A DNA stretch of 64,000 nucleotides, from assembly GCF_001194135.2 (NCBI RefSeq), contig NC_068987.1, positions 419,064 through 483,063 of the forward strand, written 5' to 3'. Below the pieces are notes generated by a model. That model did no database searches. It was not told the origin of the DNA and saw only the letters and a list, made by a program, of their open reading frames with translations. The position numbers and the translations under genes were made by a program. The DNA is from Octopus bimaculoides (taxonomy: Eukaryota). Positions 55,256 through 64,000 of the stretch are shown here, one piece after another (within the stretch, counting starts at the first letter, position 1; each line of letters opens with the position of its first letter).

Positions 55256-55548
55256 TACAGTTCTATATTTAAGAAATGAAGAATTATTTACATTATTTAC
55301 ATTTGACGGATATTTGTCCTCATCTTGTTAACGCATTTCGGATGATATACCCTCCAGCCTTCATCAGGTGTCTTGGGGAAATTTCATACCTGGGTTCTCA
55401 TTCCAAGCACTGACCTGAATAATAATAATAATAAATACCTTAGGAATGAGAACTCAGGTTCGAAATTTCCCCAAGACACCTGATGAAGGCTGGAGGGTAT
55501 ATTAGCCGAAACAAGATGAGGACAAATACCCGTCAAATATAAATATTG
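55256..55548. mobile_element. Head-to-head pair of a repeat (family E) carrying a hammerhead-like core, forming a long inverted repeat
   Basis: 55293-55407 is the reverse complement of 55438-55545 apart from small indels. An isolated tail copy lies at 40653-40731. Confidence 0.85.
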
Positions 55549-55929
55549 TTTATATTAAGATTTAGTCGTTAACCTATATTAAATATTTGTTTTATTTCAA
55601 TGAACTTATTGTTTTGCTCTCTACGTTCTACACCCATCATTCAACTTTTAGTTGTAGAATTCATATATATATATACACACACCCATCCACAGTTTCTGTC
55701 TCACAAATTCACTCACAAGGGGGTCTTAGTAAATCCGGGGTTAGAGCAGAGGACCCCTGGTCTTTATGCCATGCAGACAGATTGAACTCAAAACCACATC
55801 AGCAGCATTAAGGAAGCAATTAACCCTTATTTCACTGTTAGCCCCTTAATTTCATTATTGTTTCATTTACCAATCATTTTTCTTTGTTATTTTTATTTCT
55901 CAGTTTTAACTAAAAATCAATATAAATTC

Positions 55930-55935
55930 AATAAA
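55930..55935 (+). terminator. Candidate poly(A) signal for the tetraspanin
   Basis: AATAAA followed by a U/GU-rich tract (55941-55980). Inference only; other AATAAA hexamers exist downstream. Confidence 0.3.
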
Positions 55936-57228
55936 TTAATTTATTTTCGTTGTACTTGTTTTTCGTCTTGTTTTTTCTTTTAATTCTCCAAAAAAAAAAA
56001 AAAATTACTATTTCTCACTGTTGATGCCCAATCGTGACCCAGAAGACTTACGATTGAAGCTGTACCAACCTGTCTAAGTCTACATTGTCCCATCTGCCTC
56101 TCTGTGTCCAACACAGTAGAGAGTTGAGGGAGACTTGGATGCTATTTCTTGCAGCCAAACTCTATACAGAGACTTTCTTCATTAGAATCTGGCCAGTTCC
56201 ATCTGTCTTACTCAGGTCAGTCATGATCTAACACATTCCAGCTGTGACACCCACCACCTCATTTTAGAGGAACTTTGCCATTACTAGCAGGTAAAACGAC
56301 CACATCTTAAAGTTTCTGATTTTCGATATTTGGGTGGATATGAAGAGGGGAGGAGAAGAAAGAAAGAACAGACAGGTGCTTACACAAAGTATAGCTGTGT
56401 GATTACGTTTGCGCTCTGACCACCATGGGTTCACTACCATTGTGTGGCACCCTGGGCAATGTCTTTTATAGCCCCAGGCAAACCAAAGGCCTGTGAGTGG
56501 ATTCGGTGGATGGAAACTGACAGAAACACACCATGAATGTGTGTGTGTTTGTCTCTTTTTCTTGGTATCGTGTGATATTTGTAAATGAGCGTCACTTATT
56601 GGAAATAAATGACGTCTATGAAAACAGGCGAGGGTTGGCAACAGGAAGAGCATTCAACTGTAGCGAAGCTGCCTCAATAAATTCCATCTGACCCTTAGAA
56701 AAGTTAACGTTAAAACGATGACATTGATTAGACTGCGTGTAAATAAATATACACACGTTGTGTTACAAGTTTGTATGTAATAACTACGTTTGCTCAGAGT
56801 TAATTCAGGAAAAGCGAAATAAAATAATGCAAGGGAAATAATTCTGGTTACTTACCTTTACTGATGACATTGTTGCCTCCCTTGGAAATAAGCAATTTTT
56901 AGCATTCTTGATAGGTCACAGGTTCAAATCCAGGTAATCGAGATATTTGGTAGCTGTTTCTAGTCGATCAGCTGGCCCTCACTTCAGTAGAGATGGTGTT
57001 ATGACTCCTGAAGAGGGCAGCAGTCTATCTCAGGTGACATTCTCCAAACATCTGATCCTTATTCACATCACTAATGGAAAGTATTTCAATCTGTTCAGGC
57101 TCAGGGCCAAGGTGCCACCACCACCACCACTGCCATTTCCTCCCTGAGTTGAAGAAAGTATTATTAAAAATGAAAGAATTTTTTTGGGTGTGGAAAGGAT
57201 TTTAAGAATATTATTTCGTTTTGAGGAA

Positions 57229-58336
57229 TCATCGAAGAGTGATGGCCATTTGATGAGCAACTTGTGTCCGGAGAAAACTTTGAAGTTTCCACGAAATATC
57301 ATATGAAAGACATTGGTGCCATGATTGAAAAGTGAAACGGTAGCAACGGCTGATTCTGTGAGTATCTGGTTCTTGATAAGTGTCAATAAGGCAGACATTT
57401 CTTACACAGTCCCCAGTGACATCCCTGATGATGTTGTGAAAGAAAAGTTCATCAAAAGAAACCTCGGAGTTTTCCCAGAAACTCATGTCATGATTAAACT
57501 GAAGAGGATAAAAAGTCAAAGGAACTAACTTGTTACCAGGACTCATTATGGGAAGTTTGCTGAAGTATTTAACAAAATCTGGTTCCCAGAGGAGATAATC
57601 ATGTTCTACAGAAAAGCTAAGTTGGGAAACGGTTGGAATATCCAAGAGAAATGCCAAAAATGTTTGCTGTTTTTTTTTAACATTTTTAAAATCTATTTTC
57701 CAAATTGCACCTAAATTTCTTTTTGTGTCATCACGACAATGAAATATCTGCAAAACACATGCGACTGAAATGGTCCCAGATTCAACAAGTTGTGGATCCT
57801 CCGGATAATGGCCAGAAACACTGACACCAATTTTTTCCAAAATTTTTGAAATGAGGTCAAAGAGTTTTTTACTTTCAGACAGTGTGTCTTTCTCTTGTGG
57901 CAGGATTCCCAGCAACTCAAGTGATACGGGGACATAGTTATCCAAAATATGGCCCTTCTTAAAAACCAAACCGTGTAGAAGCAGCAGTTGGTCAATGCCT
58001 ATATCTTCTGTTGTAAGTAAGTCGGGTACATTCTCCAACAGAGATGTTCTCAGGTGATATTCGGCCACAGAACACTGACCACTGCTTTGGTCGACTATAA
58101 ACCCTGTTGGCTCTTTTATTAAGTGATATACAAAGGATGAATGGCCGATACTGGTACCTCCCTGGGGTTCTGTAAGAAATTTTGGTGCCAATAGTGATGA
58201 ATTGCATCGATGGTGAATGATAGAGTCTTGAGAAGATTCTGGAACAGTTTTACAAGAGTGCAGATTGGAAAAGGCTAGTTTCAAGTTGGATAAAATAGTT
58301 TTTAGAGGATGACAGCCCGATTGGTTCATAATTTGT
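57229..58336 (-). CDS. FDXACB1: FDXACB1-like terminal exon (PheRS-like middle region and ferredoxin-fold anticodon-binding domain)
   Basis: ORF 57229-58407. True exon starts after TTTTCCTTTTCTTTGCAG at 58336. CHPLKTI, LRTSLL, and C-terminal YP..F.HDMSFW...FDEL.FH...S.CYRFTFQS motifs; TGA at 57229-57231. Confidence 0.93.
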
Positions 58337-58679
58337 CTGCAAAGAAAAGGAAAATCTACAAAATGTTTGGAGAAAAATATTAAAAGAGAACAATGGTAAC
58401 AGAACAAGAAAATTATACAGATGTACAGATAAAACAGGTTTTAGTTAAAACAAGTGTTGAATTGTATAGGTTTTCGATAAAATAAGATATAAATAAAACA
58501 AGTTTTAGATAGATTGTTCATCTAATTATTTTACAAGAATATTTCATTATCAAAATATAAATTGAAAATTAATAAACAGCCTGGTGTAGCCATCTGGTTT
58601 CACCAGTCCTCAGTCAAATCGTCCAGCCCATGCTAGCATGGAAAGCGGACGTTAAACGACGACGACAATACGTACAGAC

Positions 58680-58728
<49 letters not shown>

Positions 58729-58804
58729 NNNNNNNNNNNNNNNNNNNNNNNNNNNNNNNNNNNNNNNNNNNNNNNNNNNNNNNNNNNNNNNNNNNNNATA
58801 TATA

Positions 58805-59105
58805 CCGCCTGACTGGCCTTTGTAGGGTTTTCGAGCGCGATCGTTGCCAGTGCCCCTGGACTGGCTCTTGTGCGGGTGGCACATAAAAGACACCATTTCG
58901 AGCGTGGCCGTTTTCGTGCGGGTGACACGTAAAAGCACCCACTACACTCTGAGTGGTTGGCATTAGGAAGGGCATCCAGCTGTAGAAACTCTGCCAAATT
59001 AGATTGGAGCCTGGTGTTGCCATCCGGTTTCACCAGTCCTCAGTCAAATCGTCCAACCCATGCAAGCATGGAAGGCGGACGTTAAACGATGATGATGATG
59101 ATGAG
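58805..59105 (+). mobile_element. Family B young copy in FDXACB1 intron
   Basis: See 16486-16755. A further tail lies at 58578-58670 and an inverted partial copy at 59572-59690. Confidence 0.88.
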
Positions 59106-59956
59106 TAAAAATATAAACCAGAGATTACGATGTCATTACTGAAGCCTTTATCGACTTCGTTAAGAAGGAACAAAGAAATGTAATTAAAGAATGAAATTAT
59201 TAGATAGAATGGAGGAAATTAAATTAAAAACTTTTGAAGAAATATAATATTTAGGTTTAAGGTCAGTAATTTGGGATGTCAACAACTCCAGCTTTTAGAA
59301 AGGAATTTTTCACTGGACCAAGACGGATGAAAGATAAAGCTGAACTTAGCAGGATCTGAACTCAGAATGCAAAGATCTCAAACACCAATGATTCTGCATT
59401 CCACTTCTTCCTCATCACCATCTTTACACTTCAAATACTACTGAGGGTTAATTTTGCCTTTCATCCTTTAGGGGGTCAATGAAGTACCAGTTGAGTGCTG
59501 GGGATCGGTGTAATTGACAAGCCCCAACACCTCAAAATTTTCAGGCTTTCTATGTATTGTTGAAAGAATTATCATCATCATCGTTTAACGTCCGCTTTCC
59601 ATGCTAGCATGGGTTGGACGATTTGACTGAGGACTGGCGAACCAGATGGCTACACCAGGCTCCAATCTGATCTGGCAGAGTTTCTACAGTTATGTTTGAC
59701 CCCAAGCCCTTCCCAGTCCAGCAGACCAACGATTAAGACGTTCCAACCATAACCACCTTGTCTTTATAAGTCTAGAGCTACACTGGCCAATGTGTCTTTC
59801 ATATAAAGACAGTAAGGTGTGATTTGAGGTAGATCTGCTATTTCTAGCAGACCAAACAATCAGGAAAAGGTTCCACATTGTCTCGACATGTACCAGTAAT
59901 ATACTTGGGTGAAATCAATGAAATACAAAAACAAACCAATATCAAGTGTGACTTAC

Positions 59957-60118
59957 TTGTAGTTGTAAAGTTTTGAGTAAAGGTAAGGTGGAGTGTTGAG
60001 TGTCCCCTTGAGGAAGGGGAGAGGTTTGAGTTGAAGAGTGTGAGGGACACTGACAGACTCCTGAAGCTGGAAAACATGAGTGAGGCCCCCAGTTGTTGAG
60101 AAACCCTTGTCTTGACTT
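59957..60118 (-). CDS. FDXACB1: FDXACB1-like exon: (R)SQDKGFSTTGGLTHVFQLQESVSVPH...YSKLYNY
   Basis: TTACAG acceptor, GTAAGT donor, 162 nt, phase 2/2, joining flanking exons in frame. RSQDKxF...G.L.H.F motif. Confidence 0.88.
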
Positions 60119-60249
60119 CTGTAATAACAACAGAGAGAGTTAATGGATTAGTAGGGGTGACTCAGGGAGTGGAAGGGGGTTGTAATGAAGGGTTCATGGG
60201 ATGGCTAGCGATGGGCATGGGTGAAGGGAGAGGACACGAACCGGTCTTA

Positions 60250-61560
60250 CAATAACCTTCATTTCACAGATGTCAAGGGAAAAGGGGTTAGGAACAGGTC
60301 CAGTCCTGTGTGTTGATTACATAAAAGTGATGGGAATTGATGAAGGCTGTATCCATGGTGATAGAATGGAATTGGACCCAATAAGTGAAAGACCCAAATG
60401 AAGATATTATCCATCTTAACTTCCTTCACCACCACCCTCTTAACATTTCTGTTTTGCTGATAGGGGTGGATTAGTCTATTCCGTTGCTGGATATTGCCCC
60501 TCATTATTTATTAACTTGTTTGCGAGGATCAGGTTCTTAAGTTAAAATTTCAACCCTCCATGTTTCCCAAGTTCAGCCACTTCTTTATACACATCCATTT
60601 GATTCCTCTAATGTCCTGTTTGTCTCCCAATTCATATATACCATCATAGTCACACACTAACTTTCCAGCCTTCCCAGAATCCTCTTCTTTCAAGGTCCAT
60701 AACCTCACCATCATCCAATATTACAGTTGATGCATGGACATCGAACAATCTGAGCTGTTCACTTTGAGGGATAAATAAACCCTTTGCCATTATTAATCAG
60801 AGATCCCTTGACTTCATCCCTCTGCTCTTCCACAGCTAATAAGGGTCTCTTAGGTAACATACTATCAACTACATCTAGTGATCTCTCCAAGCATGGGTAT
60901 GGGTGCGAGAAGTTTATTTTCCACAAATTATCCTTGTAATGTCTGCTACACATAGAGTGAATCTTTTCTGTCAACCTGTCTGTGTTTCTACAACAAGGCT
61001 TCTACATCCGAACTTTACACTAGAACCATTGTATGCTATTGCCACCATATTTTCTCAACAAACTGAGCAGAGCCATTTCCCTGATGCTAACAGGGTCTTT
61101 AGTTCTAGATTTTGTTTACAAGCCTGGAATTTCTTATAGAAATCTTTGATATAACAAGTAGGTTGTCAGTATACAAGAAATGCCCTTGGATTGTTGATCT
61201 TGTATTATGGAGGGACAAACAATAAACGGGTGGGCGTTCAATATTGAGACCTGATGTGCGTCCCTCCCTGCACACATTCGTAGTGACTGACAGACTGCAT
61301 GAAACCTTGTCAGTGACCCCTCCCCCTAAGCTAAGTACTTCTGTAGTTGTCTCACTAGGAAGGAGGCATTTGATGGCACCTCTTCCTGGTGCAAAGTTCT
61401 TCTTTAATCAGTTTCACTCGTAATTTTCATAAGTTTCTCCAACAACCTGATGTCTCTGTGGAGTCTCCTTTGCCCTTGTAGCTGCTGCTGCTGCGTATGA
61501 CACTTTCTTGTCCTATTTGATTGATCAGGGACCAGAGTATAATTCACTTCGTCAGATATC
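60250..61560 (-). mobile_element. Possible old non-LTR retrotransposon relic (ORF1-like and AP-endonuclease-like) in FDXACB1 intron
   Basis: Only scattered motif resemblance: SYAAAAA (ORF1-like) near 61490 and LHQ...LDLFLT (endonuclease C-terminus-like) near 60290-60350. Many stops. Confidence 0.3.
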
Positions 61561-61632
61561 CCCAGCATCCCACCAACTGTCCCCCATCAATCAGATACCT
61601 TCCCAGTTTTCATCCAACTTCATTTTATGATT

Positions 61633-61706
61633 TTAGCCAAACCCTCTGCTGTCCGCTTCATTAGCCAAACCCTCTGCTGTCCTCTTCATTAGCCAAACCC
61701 TCTGCT
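61633..61706 (+). repeat. 28-bp tandem repeat TTAGCCAAACCCTCTGCTGTCC(G/T)CTTCA, about 2.6 copies
   Basis: Read directly. Confidence 0.85.
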
Positions 61707-61868
61707 GGGTCTGTTTGGGGTTCGCCTTCTCTCTTCTCATTCAACAACCTCTTGTAATGGCATTTCTATGCGTCTTTCTTTGTCAAGTCAGTCATAGCAA
61801 ATGGTGCTGCTATTATTCTGTACAGAATCCCCACCCCATCCTTTCCCAATATCTTGATTCTCTCTTGT

Positions 61869-61952
61869 ACATTGTCTTCTAGGCTGGGATGCCTCTTCCC
61901 ACACATTTTCACATTGTCTTCTAGGCTGGGATGCCTCTTCCCACACATTTAC
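61869..61952 (+). repeat. 42-bp tandem duplication ACATTGTCTTCTAGGCTGGGATGCCTCTTCCCACACATTTTC
   Basis: Read directly; 2 copies. Confidence 0.9.
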
Positions 61953-62066
61953 ACATTGTGCCATTCTCATTACAATGTTGTCCTGCCATTTCACCTCCCT
62001 TCAAATGATTGAAGTGGAGTTTTGGGGTGGTGGTGGGGAGACGAGACAATAATTGAGTGAACAAAC

Positions 62067-62270
62067 CTGAAACCTGTGCAGGAATATTCTGAGTAAAGAT
62101 CTGCTTGGAATGGAAGAACTTTGGTAAGAATTAGGCTGGAGTCTGCTGCCATGGACACAACTTGCCATGTGTCTGGCCAGAGTCTCTGGACACTGTCAAC
62201 AGGGGTTCCACCTTGACCCTGGCAAAGGGTCATCATGATTTCACCAGATGGAGACAAAATGGACGAAGCA
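62067..62270 (-). CDS. FDXACB1: FDXACB1-like exon: ASSILSPSGEIMMTLCQGQGGTPVD...WQVVSMAA...YSCTGFR
   Basis: Part of ORF 61991-62380. LCxGQGGTP, WQVVxMAA and CTGxR motifs match FDXACB1 as I recall it. TTTCTCTAG acceptor, GTTTGT donor, 204 nt, phase 2/2. Confidence 0.92.
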
Positions 62271-62619
62271 CTAGAGAAATAGAAATACAGAAAGTGACAT
62301 GAACACCACAACATCACTGTACAATGATCACCATGACAACACCAAATAACATTACTACCACAATATAACCACCAACACATTGAAGACTATACTGTAATCA
62401 TGACAACACTACTACTAATACTACTATACAACCATCATAAACTCAGTTACCAATCATTAATTGTTGCACAGCTGCCCCTGGTGAGACGTACCCCCTTATA
62501 ATTCCTATTTATTATATCTAGGAATACTGGCACACCGAATGGAAAGTGACTTTGAGAGACCCAGTTTAACGATGAGAACAGACTGGAGGCTGAGAGTTTG
62601 GATGAGATTTAGGTTTTTG

Positions 62620-63050
62620 TTTCATGACTTTTCTACAACAAACTCTGCTCTTAAGGATTTGCCCGCCACCACCCCTCCCAACTTCTACCTACACTGTCCC
62701 CTCTGTTGGGCCTCTGTTAGGAAGACTTTCCTTCTCCCAGGCATTTCCCACATTTAATAACCTTTCATAGTAGCACTTCCTCACAAGTGCAAGCCTAACA
62801 TTATCCATTCGTACCCACTTCTCACCCTTATCATCTGCACCCATACCCTCCACACCATTGATCTTCACACTGTCAGACCATTGGCAAACCCCTTCCTTCC
62901 TGCTTCTATTCTTGCTAAGTATACCTGTCACCTCCATTCCCTCTTAGCTATCTGTTATAGCTGCTTCTATTTCCGCATTCATTTCAAGCCTACCTCTTCA
63001 CTTTGATGGTCCTGTCTGTCACCAGGTTATCCTTGGTCTGGCCAAAGTTT
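62620..63050 (-). mobile_element. RTE fragment (linker between endonuclease and RT) in FDXACB1 intron
   Basis: ORF 62689-62937 ...YYERLLNVGNAWEKESLPN.GPTEG resembles RTE ORF sequence. Confidence 0.65.
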
Positions 63051-63630
63051 TGTGTCACCCACAGATTTGGTCTGTTGCCCTCAGTAGGTTGTCCCATAAC
63101 AATTCCTGTAGTCCTCTATGTTATACCATCTTGTGCTTGAGAAGACCCACCAAGCCAAGTAAAATTGCAGTCGTGGTAGATACCAGTGTCACGCAAATGG
63201 CACCAGTGCCAGTGGCATGTAAAAGCACCCGTTACACTCTCGGAGGGGTTGGTGTTAGGAAGGGCATCCAACCATAGAAAACCCTGCCGAATCAGGTGCA
63301 GCCCTCCAGCTGGCCAGCCCTGGTCAAACTGTCCAACCCATGCCAGCATGGACAACGGACGTTAAATGACAATGATGATGATGATGATGATGATGATGAA
63401 GGGTCCTCGTAACTATTACAAAGAAATCCAAACCAATTAGTATTCTTTGAACAAAGTCTCTTGCAATCTTTGTTCTGCCCTCAGTTATGGACACTTCCTT
63501 GTCACTCTCAGTGTAAGAAATATTGTAAACCACTGAATGGTCCCATTGCTAGCCTGTAGCTAATGGCACCTGGAAATTAAAATATACAACAGAAAATTAT
63601 GTGGAAAAAAAAAAACCTTATTTTTCTGAC

Positions 63631-63787
63631 CTTTTAAAGAAATTCCTCAAAAGTGCTCGGTTCTTTTTGTTGTTTGATTTTCCACCAACGTGAGGGAAGT
63701 TGAAAATGATTCTTTCAAAGGCCTCATTCTTTAGATCAATGTCTTGGTGTAACTTTGTGGCATCTAAGTCTAAGATAACTTGGCATC
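63631..63787 (-). CDS. FDXACB1: FDXACB1-like exon (N-terminal DUF2431/BMT5-like domain): CQVILDLDATKLHQ...FERIIFNFPHVGGKSNNKKNRALLRNFFK
   Basis: Hand-translated, 157 nt, phase 1 in / phase 2 out. ATGCAG acceptor, GTCAGA donor. DAT...IIFNFPH.GG...NR.LL..FF motifs. The upstream exon lies beyond the window. Confidence 0.9.
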
Positions 63788-63900
63788 CTGCATAGGGAGG
63801 CAGTGAGACACAAGATATGATGATGATGACAGAGCAATTTCAAAATAGTCAGTACGATATTTTAGTTTACATACATACACTAATATCATATATATATATA

Positions 63901-64000
63901 TATAGTTGAAATTTACAGAAAAACAAAAGACAAAGACAGGTGTATTAGTATGATGCTCGGGAAAATGAGAAAGACTTTTATGTTTCGAGCTTATGCTCTT
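63901..64000 (-). mobile_element. End of a probable Penelope-like repeat with a partial hammerhead (stem II, GAAA, stem I'), cut by the window edge
   Basis: Minus strand reads A-AGAGC-AUAA-GCUC-GAAAC-AU-A-AAAG. The CUGANGA half would lie beyond 64000. Confidence 0.45.

Larger units (their letters stand above)
1..64000. repeat. Pervasive microsatellites (CA/TG, TA, GA, CAT/GAT, GGT/CAC, AAT) and many N gaps (e.g. 4031-4262, 9353-10335, 13020-13652, 18143-18716, 29993-30624, 37381-37870)
   Basis: Read directly. These explain most ORF-track entries (HTHT, CVCV, YIYI, poly-X). Confidence 0.97.

Noticed and set aside
57325-57528. 67-aa plus-strand ORF and other short ORFs overlapping FDXACB1
   Set aside because: Antisense or alternate-frame shadows of the real exon; no motifs.
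58337-58407. N-terminal 23 aa of the 392-aa ORF (MFCYHCSLL...)
   Set aside because: This is the intron's polypyrimidine tract read through; the exon begins at 58336.

Overview
Eukaryotic, intron-rich, repeat-dense draft scaffold with many N gaps. The SINE/RTE repertoire and microsatellite load resemble an octopus (coleoid cephalopod) genome; this is recognition, not a database result. Two protein-coding genes converge tail-to-tail. (1) A complete 7-coding-exon CD151/TSPAN11-like tetraspanin on + (45758-53858, 250 aa, all introns phase 0, GT-AG). (2) Four exons of an FDXACB1 ortholog on - (63787 down to 57229; first exon beyond the window end). The first ~45 kb has no recognisable gene and may be the tetraspanin's long 5' intron or intergenic DNA. 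It is filled with tRNA-headed SINEs, RTE-clade LINE fragments and microsatellites. The most unusual signals are: several independent minimal type-I hammerhead-ribozyme-like motifs (one nearly intact with a U3-A8 compensatory core, in a tetraspanin intron); a tandemly repeated H-type pseudoknot-like motif in the RTE-type 3' tail; a textbook recursive-splice-site-like CAG|GTAAGT at 29799/29800; a PHD finger inside the RTE reverse transcriptase; and long inverted-repeat hairpins.
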